In this document: positions 51,041 to 64,000 of the stretch, in pieces | How the letters are laid out: the number at the start of each line of letters is the position of its first letter | How positions within the stretch are numbered: the first letter of the stretch is position 1 | Origin: Eledone cirrhosa | Taxonomy: Eukaryota | Reading direction: 5' to 3' | Assembly: GCA_964016885.1 (NCBI GenBank) | Contig: OZ024745.1 | Location: 116,932,001 to 116,996,000 of the forward strand | DNA length: 64,000 nucleotides | Notes under the pieces: generated by a model | What the model was told of the DNA's origin: nothing | Databases searched by the model: none | Seen by the model: the letters and a program-made list of their open reading frames with translations, nothing else | Program-made: the position numbers and the translations under genes

Positions 51041-52474
51041 CTTGCTTGCAAGACCACCATCATTGGACTGGCCAAATACCTTGAAACAACTAACGACTGT
51101 ATGCTGAAACTTGTTGAAAAGCATGAGAGAAGTAAGAAGCTTCATTCTATCTTGAAGGAGAGCAAAAAATAAGCTACTGATCTCATGCTTGATACCCAGG
51201 CTGGACAGACTAAAGAAACTGATGCAACTGATGCTGCTAGGCACATAAAATCACTGGCAAAAGCAAAAGGGCAAGGACAATTAGCATCAAATTGGGAGCA
51301 GAAACCTCTGCATGGCAAATATGTGGCCTGTAGCAAACAAGCTGATGTTGACCAAAAGCACACCCATCAGTGGCTACATAGTTCAGGGCTAAAGGTGGAG
51401 AGTGAAGGCTTCATCTTAGCTGCCCAAGATCAAAGCTTATTGACTCATAATTACCAGGCCAATGTAATGAGAAACGGAATAAACCCAAAGTGCCGATTCT
51501 GCAATGCTGAGGTTGAAACAGTGGATCACTTAGTCTCTGGATGTAAAGTTTTAGCACCAGTAGAATACAAATATAGACATGACATAGTTGGCCAATATCT
51601 ACACTGGGTAATATGTCAGCATTACAAAATCAAAGCTGAAGACAAGTGGTACAATCATCACCCTGAGGCTGTAACTGAAGGAGAAAAAGTAACAATTCTC
51701 TGGGACTTTCCTGTACATGCTGACAGGACCATAAAAGCAAATAGACCTGACATCATTGTAAAAGATCAATATAACAAGGTCTGTTTATTGATAGATATTA
51801 GCATCCCATGTGATCACAATATCGCAGCAAAAGAATTTGACAAACTACGAAAATATAAAGATCTGCTTATTGAAATTGAGAAAATGTGGCACCTCAAGGC
51901 CGTTACAATACCAGTGATTGTGGGAGGACTGGGAATGATCAAGAAAGGAACAGAACAATATTTGCGAATGATTCCTGGTTTACCCTCTCTGCATGAGGTG
52001 CAAAAAATTGTTTTGACTGGTACTGCACACGTATTGAGGAGAGCACTATCTCTGTAAGATTGATATCCCTCCTTGTATTTACATATGCATATGCACATGT
52101 GTATATATGTATACTGTTTTTTTTTTATTATAATCAATGTGCTGTATTAACTGGCTTACCAATGCACACTGACTTTATTTGCCCTAGGTGTCAGGAAGAC
52201 ACTCGGCATATATCTCAGAAACAATAATTGTTTCTACTTTTGGCACAAGGCCAGCAATTACCCAGTACATTACTGGTACTTTATTTTATCGACCCCGTAT
52301 GGATGAAAGGCAAAGTTAACCTCGGCGGGATTTAAACTTAAACCGTAAAGGGACGTAACTATGCTAGAATGCATGGCGTCCAACCCTCTACCGATACTGC
52401 CAATTCACTGCCCATCTCAGAAACAATAATGAAAGAAAATAATAATAACAATAATAATAATAATAATAATAACA
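51041..52474 (+). mobile_element. R4/Dong-like non-LTR element A, 5'-truncated (CCHC + RLE), SINE in 3' end
   Basis: ORF 51185..52057: KPLHGKY..EGFILAAQDQSL..CRFC...ETVDHLVSGC..YKYRHD..WDF..NRPDI..D.SIP.D..K..KY.DL; starts after (TAA)n and ends in (AAT)n. Confidence 0.9.
52222..52413 (-). mobile_element. OK-like SINE with TSD atctcagaaacaataat
   Basis: 17-bp TSD on both flanks, inside the 3' end of element A. Confidence 0.9.
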
Positions 52475-52880
52475 ATTATTATTATTATTATTGGAGTCTC
52501 AGTCATTGATGTTATTTAACTGGAAAGTTTATTCAAATTAACATCGAGGCGTTACCTGCAGCCTCAGATATTCAGGACGTATCGGAGGGTTCTTGCTGTT
52601 CCCAGCAATCATGCCTTTTGAAATGTTCCCAAAAAGGGGGCTGGTCTAATCTGTAGCCATCCTTGAAAACTCTTTGAGATAGTACCTAGTGCTCCTAATA
52701 CAATTGGGACAACCTTGTTCTCATGACAGTCCTAAATCCTTTTTAACTCCCACTTTAAATCCTGGTGTCAGTTAATTTTCTCCTTCTCCTTTTCTTGTAC
52801 TCTTGTGTCAAAGGGGAAGGCTACATCTACAATCAGGCACAATCTTTTTTTCTTGTCAAAAATCACCAGGTCAAGCCTAT
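52475..52880 (-). mobile_element. R4/Dong-like element B, decayed 3' end (same family as 39374-39890)
   Basis: Shares 3' UTR gtcattgatgttatttaactggaa and RLE coding sequence. Confidence 0.8.
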
Positions 52881-55104
52881 TTATTATTGATATTTTTTTC
52901 ATTTATCTTGCTTTATGTTCATACGAGTTATCACCAAGTCACAACCAGTGACCTCAAGAGACAACGTCTGCCATGTTCAAGAAAGAACACATACACACAC
53001 ATGTATCTTCAGGTGTTTAGACCTGTGATGTATTTATATTGACAGAATCTTCCTCAGTATATGGGCAGTTCCCATTAGTACTATCTTTTGTATTTCTTCT
53101 ATACAAGGGTTTCCTGGGAGTTTGGATAAGTGATCATTAGACTCCTCGAGTATCATACCTAGATTGCCTACAACCACTAGTATTGTTTTAGTTCTCAACT
53201 TCCACATTTTTCCAATCTTTATCTCCAGGTCTTTATACTTGCTCAATTTTTCAAATGTTTTTATAGATACATTCTTGTCTATTGGAATGGACATGTCAAT
53301 TAGCAGGCATAGCCTCTTTTTAAAGTCCTTCAGTATTATATCAGGTCTATTTGCATCTATTTTCGGTCTGTTTGGATGCTAAAGTTCCAAAAAATTGAGA
53401 TGTGACCTTTTTCAAGTACTGGAGGTGGTTGATGCTCCCACCAATTCTTTTGATGGAGCAGGTCAAAGTGCATACACATTACCCAATGTATGTATTGTGC
53501 AGCTGTCATGCCTGTTTAGGTATTCAGTTGAAGCTATAGGACTGCACATCGAGATTATATGATCAATGGTCTCTGGCTGTTTTTTACATACACAACATAA
53601 TGGGTTGCATCCATTTTTTATGATGTTGGCTTGATATTTTTTTGTTGGCAGACACTGATTTTGTGCTGATATAATCAGTCCTTCAGTCTCTGATTTCAGT
53701 CCAGAGGATGCCAACCACTGATGGGTTAAAGTTTTGTCAACATCAGAATTGTTAGCTCTTTCTGGGTATTTTCCATACAGAGGCTTTTCTTGCCATTTCT
53801 TAGCCAGTTTCTGTAGCAGTTCTTTCTTTGCAGTTACTTTTACCTGCTTTTCTTTTTCTGTGTTTTCCATTTCACCAGTAAATGGGACTTCTGAAATTTG
53901 TAGTCCATTACTGTATCTTTGTGCATCTTTTGTAATAGAGTATGATCTTTTGATGCTTTCGTGTTTCAAAACGAGTTTGATCATCCAATCATGTGATTCC
54001 CTTAGATATGTAGATAATCCAATTGTTGCAGTTTTCAATGCAATATCTAACTGGATTAACCCACGTCCTCCTTCTTTCCTAGGGAGATATATTCTATCTG
54101 TATCTGCCTTAAGGTGATGCATTCTGTGCATGGTTAAGAATTTTCTAATTTTTGTATCGAGCCTACAGATCTCTGTGCTTGACCAGTTGATGACACTGTA
54201 ACTGTAGGTTACTACTGGTATGGCAAGCGTGTTTATGGCATCGATCCTATTCCTTGCATTCAATTCCGTTCTTAAGATTGCTCTTACTCTGCGGTAACAT
54301 TCCTTCCTTATCCTTTCTCTCATTGTCGAGTGCTTGATTCCGTATCCTTCACAAACACCTAGATATTTGTAAGTTTCCTCTTGATCAAGTTCTCTTATCA
54401 CATTCCCCCAATCAAGATTAATGTCTGAACTTTTCAGCAGCTTTCCTCTGGTGAACGTTGCTTTGGCGCATTTATCTAGTCCAAACTCCATTTTAATGTC
54501 ATCACTGAACTGCTCCACAGTGGATAATAGCCCTTGCAATTGTTCATCATTTTTTGCAAATAGTTTCAGGTCATTCATGTAGAACAAGTGATTAATGGTT
54601 TTGTCATAGACTTTATATCCATGTTTTGTTTCATTGAGCATTTTACTTAATGGTATAAGTGTGATGCAGAATAAAAGCGGTGATAAAGAGTCACCCTGAA
54701 AAATTCAAAAATTAATATTAACTTCTCCAGCTTCCAGTGAATTTTTTTCACTATTCAAAAAGAGTGTCATTTTCCATGTCTTCATACTGAATGACAGGAA
54801 CCTCCTGACAACGGGAGATATTTTGAAAATCTCTAAACATTTTTCAATCCAACTGTGTAGCAAACTATCGAATGCTTTTTTATAATCTATCCAAGCAATT
54901 GATAGATTTTTGTGTCTATTATGACAATCTTCCAGTATCATTTTGTTAACCAAAAGCTGATCCTTACAGCCATATGAGCCTTGTTTACACCCTTTCTGCT
55001 CATTGGGAAATAGATAATTTGTTATCAGGTGGTCATATGTATATTCAGTTAGGACTGATGTTAAAATGTTATACATTGTGGTCAAGCAAGTTATCGGTCT
55101 GTAA

Positions 55105-55105
<1 letters not shown>
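52881..55105 (-). mobile_element. R4/Dong-like element C, 5'-truncated RT-CCHC-RLE, inactivated
   Basis: NYRPITCL..EQKGC..WIDYKKAFDS, QGDSLSPLLF, HLFYMNDLKL (catalytic YMDD changed to YMND), YKYLG, GGRGL, CCVC..ETIDHI..C, RPDI; frameshifts split ORFs 54705..55085, 53463..54641 and 53034..53294. Confidence 0.9.
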
Positions 55106-55107
<2 letters not shown>

Positions 55108-55136
<29 letters not shown>

Positions 55137-55935
55137 GTTCTTTGAGTCTCAGTCATTGATGTTAGTTAACTGGAAAGTTTGTTGAAATGAATATCAAGCC
55201 ACTACCTGCAGCCTCAGATATTCAGGACATATCGGAGGGTTCTTGCTGTTCTCAGCAAGCATGCCTTTTGAAGTGTTCCAAAAAGCGGGACGGGGCCAAT
55301 TTTCTTTAACCATCCCTGGAAACTTTTCGAGATAGTACCTAGTGCGCCTATGACAATCAGGACCACTTTGACTTCATGGCAGTTCCAAATCCTTTTTACC
55401 TCCCACTTTAAGTCCTGGTATCGGTTAATTTTCTCCCTCTCCTTCTCTTGCACTCTCGTGTCGAATGGGCAGGCCACATCCACAATCAGGCACGATCATT
55501 TTTCCTTGTCCAAAACCACCAGGTCAGGTCTATTGTGTTCCAGTTTCTTGTCCATCTGTATCCTAAAATCCCATAGCACCTTCACCTGATCGTTTTCTAT
55601 CACCGACTCTGGCTTATGCTCATACCACTTCTCAGAATGTGGTAAATTGTTTACTTTGCATAGGTGCCAGTGGATCACCCTGCCCATCACATCATGTCTC
55701 CAGCCTTTATAGTGAGTCTGGGCTAGGTGTTTACACTCGGATACAATGTGAGCCACAGTCTCCTCTCTCTCTCCACAGATCCTGCACAGTGGGCTAGCCT
55801 CCTCCTTGTAAATATGGTGTTTCAGCCACTTTGTTTTGAGGGCCTGCTCTTGCGCAGCCATTAGCATTCCTTCTGTAGCCTTTTTAAGGTCTCCTCTTCT
55901 CAACCAGTTCCATGTCTGTGGATCTCTGAATTCCG

Positions 55936-55937
<2 letters not shown>
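55108..55937 (-). mobile_element. R4/Dong-like element D, 5'-truncated (CCHC + RLE)
   Basis: EGMLMAAQEQAL..CRICG..EETVAHIVSEC..RHD..WDF..NRPDL; (TTA)n on both sides. Confidence 0.9.
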
Positions 55938-55975
<38 letters not shown>

Positions 55976-56594
55976 GTATTAAAATTGTCAGGTGTTTTTC
56001 CAAAACAAATTATTTTAAACTCAAATTGTTGCTAAAGAAATATAAAAATTATGCTCTTGGAGGAAAGAAAATGAAAATTAATTAATGGAAAGTATCTTAA
56101 TTATCTTAATTATCCTGATTATCAACATTCAGTTATTTAGTCCTTAACTACTAAAAGTAGTTTCTAGTTATTATGAGGACTATGTAATAAAATGCCATAT
56201 TCATAGCCAAGTGATTTGTTGCAAGATAAAATTCCCAATAGAATAAGAATCTTCAGCAAATTAGATAAGCCTGTATGGAATAAGAAATGAAGAATGGAAT
56301 TCTAATGTTTCAAACAATTCCTTTCATGAGAGAAGTAATAAGGATAAGTATGTTAGATGGCTGTTAATAAGATTGATACCTAGTCCATCATATTTCTACT
56401 TAAAACAAAGAAGCCTCAACATAGTCAGTCAACTTTCAACAATTAACAAATAAATTGTCTTCAAATTTTACCCTACCATCTTAAAATTGGATGAATATAC
56501 GAGATAGAATATTCCTAAATATAATATTCCAGAAAAGAAAAGACAATCACACCATAAATACCAGCTTTTATGTGTCATATCTGCTAATGTTTAG

Positions 56595-56799
56595 CCCTTT
56601 AGCATTTACATTACTCTATATTTACTATTGTATTTTCATGGCAAACGCTTTATCTCACATACTATCGAATCTATGAGATTTTGATGTTATTTATTTTGAG
56701 AACAATGCATTAACATCAGTATGAGTTAGTTACAGCCGGTTTGAAGAGAAAGAAGTGATAGAATTCTGGCCAGATATGGCTGGTTTAAATGCTAACGGG
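56595..56799 (+). mobile_element. TTAA-flanked MITE family 1, second copy
   Basis: ttag|ccctttagcattta ... taaatgctaacggg|ttaa. Confidence 0.7.
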
Positions 56800-56999
56800 T
56801 TAAAATTGGATGAATATACTAGATAAAGTATTCCTAAATTCGATCCAGAAAAGAAGAAAAGATAATCACACTATAAATGACAGTTGAAGTTTACTCAGTT
56901 TTGTGTGTTGTATCTGGTAATGTTTAACCATTTAACTATCTAAATGCCATAGTTCTGCTTGATCAGAGCTAACCTGGAACTATACAACAACAGATTCTT

Positions 57000-57283
57000 A
57001 TTTCTTCTCTCCTCTCTCCAGACGCTAAACTCTGCCACATGAGATATTTTTCTCCACAAAGTTTGATCACCACCAGCAGAGTTTAAAGGGCAAAGGTCAA
57101 GTCCAGTCCATAAGTTGACATTATCAAACCATCATTTTGGTTGCCGGCCTCTGCTTCTCTTACCAGCCAACTTTCCTTCTAGGCATAACCTACTCACACC
57201 ATGAGTTGATCTTTTGATATAACCGTACAGTTTAAGCACTCTTGACCTGACAACTGATGTGATTGGTCTAAACCTGGTGATGT
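57000..57283 (-). mobile_element. RTE-type 3' fragment
   Basis: VVRSRVLKLYGYIKR.....CLEGKLAGKRSRGRQPK. Confidence 0.65.
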
Positions 57284-58542
57284 TTAACCCTTTCATGACC
57301 ATATTTTTAATGAAATACACCCTATTTCAATTAATTAATTAAGAATTTCGTGAATTTACTAAAATTATTAATTATTTCATTACTAAGATAGTAAATTAAT
57401 GTAAAGTTCTTATATAAAATTATGTTGGAAGATTTTAATTTAAATTGGAAACTTATTAAATGTGTGATTTTATTTCATTGAATCAGAGCTAGTTTGGGCC
57501 AGATTGGTAACAAAAGAGTTAATCATTTGACTGACTATCTACACATCATAGATCAGCTTGATCAGAGTTGACCTGTGGCTATAACAACAGCAGCGATAAC
57601 CACAGCTCCTTACTTCTTCTCCAATGAAAGACCTCATCAGTAGTGTTAGAATTGATATTACACAGTCCATGAACTTCAGCGTCATTGATTTTTAGGTTTA
57701 CTTGATCATGGCTGACAGTGTTTAAGAACTAATGATCCTATTGATACTGTTGCCAAGTTTATGGTTTTGACATTTGTCTAGACTGACTGGCTTGGATAGT
57801 ATTTTAAGGATCACAGTAGAAATTGGTAAGGTGGTCTTAGATAGAGCACATCAGTCACTGCTCCTCTGCTCTTATTGTTGATGATGACACGACAAAAAGC
57901 ACCCAGTCCACCCTGTAAGGTGTTCGTGTTGGTGACATGACAAAAAGCACCCAGTCCACCTTGTAAAGTGGTCATGCTGGTGACATGACAAAAAGCACCC
58001 AGTCCAGCCTGTAAGATGGTCATGTTGGTGACACAGCAAAAAGCACCCGGTTCACACTGTAAGGTCATTGGTGTTGGGAAGGGCAGCCAGCTGTAGAATC
58101 CAAGGCAAAATACAGACCCATATGAGCAAGACGTGGTCTCTGGACCTGACTTGTCTCATAACATATCACCCCATCTAACTCACACAAGCGTGGAAAATGG
58201 ACATTAAATGATGATGATGATGGAGTTATTGTAGTAGAGCACTAGTATGTTATATATATATATCCGGATGTTTATTGTGAGATAGTCTTTCATACAATGA
58301 CAAGGACTGTAGTAGATGTAGCTTGCTGAAACACTAAACTGTATCCTACAAATTCCAAGGAAGTCATTTTATTATTTCATTGTGTAGATAATCTGAGGGT
58401 GTGGTCGATGTACAACATAGATTAATGTACTTTATATTCTTTGTAGTTTATTGTAGTTTGAAGGTGCATGGCTTCATGGTTGGAGAATTGGATTCACAAT
58501 CATATGGTTGGGAATTCAATTCCCAGGCTGGGTGATGTATTG

Positions 58543-58986
58543 TGTCCTTGAGCAAGACACTCTATTTCATGTTGTTCTGTCTGCTAGAGGTTGAAACCAG
58601 TAGATAGTATTGGCAATGAAAAGACCAATGGAAACATTATTTCCTTGGTCCAATTGGACAAGTTCAACTCCACTTGGAAAACAAATGAGGCCTGGGATTT
58701 TGTCGATTGATTCCTTTTTAGGAAAGATTAGTAGGGCCCAGATAAAACAAGCATAGCCTATGATAGATGTGTGTGTACCATTGTTGCTGTTCTTTTCCAT
58801 TGGCTAAATATCATCATTGTCATTGAATCAATCGACAAGATCCAAGACCTCATTCATTTATCAAGTGAGATGGAACTCATCAAATCAGACCAAGGAATCA
58901 ATGTTTCCATTGGTCTTTCTATTATTGATACTATCTACCATTTGAAACTCCTGGCAGAAAGAGCAATGTGTCTTGCTAAAGGACTT
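58543..58986. repeat. Diverged inverted repeat, arms about 58543-58713 and 58826-58986
   Basis: aagaccaatggaaacatt / aatgtttccattggtctt; ttgtcgattgattc / gaatcaatcgacaa; ORF-track peptides 58567..58800(-) and 58771..59046(+) mirror each other. Confidence 0.8.
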
Positions 58987-59569
58987 GTCAAATGTTTTTC
59001 ATGTTTGGTGTTGATTTGTTTGCTATTATCTTACTGCAGTGCATGATAATGTTACAATATTTAAAACAGTCATCACTTGCCAGTTTTTTTAACAACTCTG
59101 GTTTTATGGCTAGTGAAAGAATTCATAATTGTCATTTACAATTTGTTAAGAGTCACATCATTGTCATTCTCATCATCATAATCATAATTTTACATCCAAT
59201 GTGCTACATACAAGTTAGTTCCTTTTCAGGTTTATTGTATCCCTATACATACTGGATAGGTGGTGAATTGGCAGAGTTGTTAGAACATTGGATAGAATGC
59301 TTTGTGGTATTTCTGCCAACTCCCTCCTCTCTGAGTTCAAATCCTGTCAAGGCAAACTTTGCTTTTCATCCATTCAAGGTTGATAAAAAAGTACCAGTCT
59401 AGTACTGAGGTCGATTGTTCCTCTATATCTCTTTCCCACTTCCTCTCTCTCGCTCGCTTTCCTTCTCTGGAATAAATCTGTGGTTTTGGGACCTGGTGAG
59501 AAGATGAGCTCAACCAGATTTAAAAATGCCCTAGAAATGCCTTATATCAATATGGGATCCCTACGTCTC

Positions 59570-59900
59570 CCTCAGAAGCAATTGCAGCCATTTGTAGTCT
59601 ATGAATGAGGGAGCTATGCTCTTTGTCCACAAATCCAAGTTCAGTAATACTTTGGTCCAAGCGGGTTGGTGTATAACCTGTAGCTCTAATGATGATGAGA
59701 ATGAAGCTGAAGGTGTATCTTGGATACTGGATCTGCAAACTCCTCATCAATGGTCCATAAATACTTAGACGATGTGTATTTGTGTATTTATGACTTGCAA
59801 AAATATTCAGAAGAATACGAATGGCTGGTGCGTGTTTGTACAATCAGCTCCAAGAAAAATACGTGTTGTCGCTCTGCATTTTTTTCACCGGAGTGTCTGT
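59570..59900 (-). mobile_element. Decayed RLE-domain fragment of another non-LTR family
   Basis: IYGPLMRSLQIQYPRYTFSFILIIIRATG...ELGF resembles RLE C-termini. Confidence 0.45.
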
Positions 59901-62900
59901 GTTATTTTTATGACGTCCGTTTGTGACGTCTGAGCTATCACACCACAGGTGTCGCTTCGCTACAGATGTCCTCCTTCCCCTGTATGTATACATGTATGCA
60001 TGTGTGTGTGTATCTATGTGTGTGTGTGTATGTATATGTGTATGTATGTATGTATTGTCAGGTCATCAGCGACTAAACCGGCAACCCCACCAAGCTTGCT
60101 TGATGAGGAAGGTGATATTTGAACATCCTGCGAGATGAAATACAAGACCTGGCGAAGGGCAGAGGAACTCAGCAGAGTCAAAGGCCATCCAAATACCAAT
60201 TTTTTTTTTTTTTATTACCTGGGAGTGAAGAGCCCCCAGGTGTCACAACACCTTTCTAGGAGAGGGAAACTCTGAAAAAAAACCTGCAGCTTTGGAAGCA
60301 TCCAATGATGTTGACCAGTTCTCCTTTTTGGGTAGTGTTTTCAATGCTCAGAGAGTGCGATTGGTCGAGTGCAGGGCCTTTCACCAAAAAACCTTCAAAG
60401 CACAGGCATTGCTTGCTCAGGATATGTTACAGCTTCTTGTGGCTGACTGTAGCCTAAAGGTGCACCATTTTCTGTAATCTGACAAGCGATTGCAATACTC
60501 TTAACAGAGTTTGCAACCATCATATGTGTATGTATGTATATGCATACATCATCATCCTCATCATTTAACATTTGCTTCCCCTGCCAGCAAGGGTTGGACA
60601 GGTCATCACAGATGAGGTCAATACTTAACCAATGTCACTGACCTCTCAGACAGAACAGAGGGCTGTATCTCACTTTCATACATTTCTGCACTTTGCAAAG
60701 TGCTCTGGTGCATTTTATTATAACAGAAACACTAGGGAGGTTTTCATATCTTGGTGTTGTTGAAGAGTTCTCTCAACCCTTTGGAAAGTTTTCTGCAACT
60801 GGATGCCCTCCCTAACACCAACTACCTGACAGGGTGTACTGGGTGCATTTATTGTCATATCTGTGATGTGACTGAAGAGTCCTTGCAAGTCTTTTGGCAT
60901 GCTTTCTATAACAGGATGGCCTTTCTAACATCACGATCTTTACAGTCTAATGGATGCATTTTATTGGGGTGCCAGGAATAGGGAGGTTCTCAGTCATTGA
61001 CTTAACTCAAAAGTTCTATGGACATGGTAAGATATTTAAGGAGAGGGAGGTGGAGTAAGACAAATGAAATGGGTGAGTGGCAATATGTGGGTGGGAAGAG
61101 AAGATTACAAGTATGATGTCATGATGTATGGCAAGTGTTGTGGGATTTATGAGCTGAAATGAGGAAGAAAAGGGGTGAGAAAGTATGTGATGGGTGTATG
61201 AAAATTGTTGTGAGATTTGGCAGGGTGATGAAGGAAAGGAAGCTGTTTGTTTTAGTGACCTGGGATGGGGTGTAGGTAGAATGATGGCTATGACTGGTGT
61301 GGTAGAAATTAACAGAGTGATGTGAGATGGAGCAGTAACAAAGTATGTCACAGATGTATGAAAATTGAGATATGGCATTTTCCCAGGTTAGTGAACTGGA
61401 ACCACATGAAATAAAATGTCTTGCTCAAAGGCACAATGCACTGTTCTGTCTGAGAATCAAACTCATAACCTCATGATTATGATTCCCACACTCTTACCAG
61501 TGAGCAGCACCCTGGACTCTAAAATATTTAATACATTCAATGTTATTACTATCATTAATGGTGGCAGGGGTCCACTAATGTTATTATAATGTTCAGCACA
61601 AGATAGCTCAGTATTTGACACCACTTTAAAATATAATTCTATAAATCCAAAGATAGAAGAGTTGAAAGAAAATAAAAGTTTGTATATAATCTTTAACACT
61701 AGACATGGAATTACATATTAGCCACCAGCTGCTCTCAATTCTGTTCTTAACTCAAATTATATCAACTTTTCCCATGAAAGTTGTATTAAGATAGCGGATG
61801 GCTGATATTTTAACATTAGAAAATCAACCTATTGGCAGATTATTTAGCAATTCATCATTACACCATTATAAGTATAGTAAAAGATATTTAATTCTTAACC
61901 GTCTGCTTTAGCTAATATCAAATAAGTACATTTTAAAATAGAGCTGACTGCTGCAAGAAGTAGAGAGTACTTTATAATGAAAGACTGTTTAATTCATTTG
62001 AGGAAAACCTGTAACATACTGTGTTCATACCCAGGTTAGAGATTTTAATCAATGTGACGAATGCTTGGACATGCACCAGTACACTTTAGCAACAACTTGG
62101 GAAACCTCAAAAGAATGTGTAGTAAAAGATCCAATTTAAATTGGATTCAATTAACATTTCATATCTACTTTATTTCTAACCCACGCATTTTCTGCTCTAT
62201 GATAAAATCATGAGCAAGAAGTGAACAAGTGGATATAGGAAAGTTCATTCACATCATATATACTCTAAAAACAGTCAAAACATGTTAGGTTTCATTTAAT
62301 GTGTTGCATAGTCCTAAAAAATACTTACTCCAATCTATTTTGCAATACTAACAATTATAATCACTAATATCAGAAAGAAATAGTGTTGTTATGTGTGAAA
62401 ATGTTTTTATTGCATTTCATTTGTCATATAACTAATTTCATTTGTCATATAACTAATTTCATTTTACCGAAGACAAAGACAAAGAACTTGCTAAACACTA
62501 TGTTAAACAATATGATCAAAGGAAAATACTCCAGGGAAGAGTTCTACATATGGCATGGTCTCACATGTAATATAATGAGTGGAAAAAACTGATTGAATGA
62601 AATTATTCAAGTAGTTAGTTGGCAAAAAAAATACCTCTAGGCATGTATAATACCTAAGATGCAAGGGAGATAATTCTAATAAAACCAACTAATTTAAAAA
62701 ATAATAAAGATGGTGCAAATGGCCATAGGTCATCTTTATAGCCAAATAGTGAAAGAAACAGACTTCTTCTTATTATTCTTATTCTTATTCTTATTCTTCA
62801 TCTCCTCCTTCGCCCATTTATTCGTGAGAGGACCGTGGGAGCAGTATCCACAAACACTCCTTCCTGTCAGATGCAACCGTCTCCAACTGGATCCCCAAGT

Positions 62901-63173
62901 GAGACCAGCCAAGCTCATGGATGTTATCCAACCATCTTGCTCTGGGTCTACCTCTGAGTCTCTTGCCAGTTGGTTTTGCCCCTAAAATCTGTCCAGTGAT
63001 TCTTTCCTGAGATATTCTAACCACATGCCCATAGAGTTGTGATCTCTCAATTGGGAGAAGTAGCAGCTCTACCTGGAATGACTCTCTGAGTAACTCTATT
63101 GACTAACGTTACTCCAAAGACCCTTCGGAGGAACCCCATTTGGGCAGCTTGTATTCATGATCATAGTCTAAAT

Positions 63174-63485
63174 CAGGCATGGGTAACCTTTTTCGAGAAT
63201 TGAGCCGCATGAGATATCGCTCATCATCAGGCAGGCCACAAGCGCTAATTTACATTCGTGCCCACATTTTAAAAAAGGGCAGTAAATTTGTTTCTTCAGA
63301 ATTCGTACATGTTGTTTTCCTCGATCGTAAAAATGATAGAAAGATAAATATGACTGAAAAGTTGGGGTAAAAAAATCAGAAAAATTTCACTTAGGTGACT
63401 TAGGGGAGCCATTCAGCAGGCTTCACGGGCTGCAGGTTGCCCGCAGGCCACAGGTTGCCCGCAGGCCACATGTTGCCCATGACTG
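63174..63485. mobile_element. hAT (Charlie-like) MITE
   Basis: TIRs caggcatgggtaac / gttgcccatgactg; 8-bp TSD gtctaaat / ctctaaat; subterminal 18-bp repeats. Confidence 0.8.
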
Positions 63486-63744
63486 CTCTAAATGAACAAT
63501 TTCAGTCAATCAAAATATTTCCACTGTATTATATGTGAGTCTCTTCAGTATGTGTATTTACTCCTGTAAGGCATTTTCCCTCACCATACTCTTCATAATC
63601 AGTGTCACTCTATTTCTATATATATTGAACAATTTTAAGTGTTTCCAGCTATGTTCAATACTCTTCAATTAGTAGTTCTAATTAAACCAAAACAACCATC
63701 TTTTTCATTTGTTGGTTTTAATTACAATATCCATTCCCATTTGT

Positions 63745-63930
63745 ATCATCATCACCACCACCACCACCTTCCATCATTTCCTCTGTGAGGTTCAGTATTT
63801 CAAGATCAGCTCTAACCACTTCTGTTAAGATCTTTCTAGGTCTTATTACCTCTCTGCAACTGAAATGGAATGTATGATTGCTTGATGATTGAGTGGTGCT
63901 CATAATCAGCTAGTCATCCCACTACACTGT
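63745..63930 (-). mobile_element. RTE LINE 3' remnant
   Basis: RPRKILTEVVRADLEILNLTEEMM. Confidence 0.7.
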
Positions 63931-64000
63931 GCAACACTAACAGGATTTATGTTAGCCCTGTATATGCAACACTGTGTGTTGTGCTATTTGTTGATTGTTT

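Noticed and set aside
53463-54641. Active reverse transcriptase gene (392 aa)
   Set aside because: Catalytic motif reads YMND, flanking frameshifts, 5'-truncated.

Overview
AT-rich, repeat-dominated animal genomic DNA, most likely from an octopod cephalopod (OK-like and OR-like SINEs, RTE LINE tails ending (GAT)n, dense (AT)n/(AG)n/(CAT)n/(AAT)n microsatellites). No intact host gene or intact transposon ORF is visible. Almost all ORF-track entries are microsatellite read-through or decayed mobile-element fragments. The window holds about 20 tRNA-derived OK-like SINE copies with clear TSDs; RTE, CR1/L2, L1/Tx1-like, CRE-like and R4/Dong-like non-LTR fragments, including a four-element stack at 51-56 kb joined by (TAA)n runs; Helitrons; hAT and TTAA-flanked MITEs; Penelope-like pieces; and several minisatellites. 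Most interesting: a microsatellite-mediated insertion network linking R4/Dong, Tx1-like and SINE elements; a Helitron whose helicase C-terminus precedes its Rep N-terminus; a G-U-compatible 36-bp hairpin next to a splice donor at about 5.9 kb; and a candidate terminal host exon ending ETDV-stop at 19.7 kb. Family names come from motif recognition by eye, not database searches, and coordinates are hand-read and approximate.
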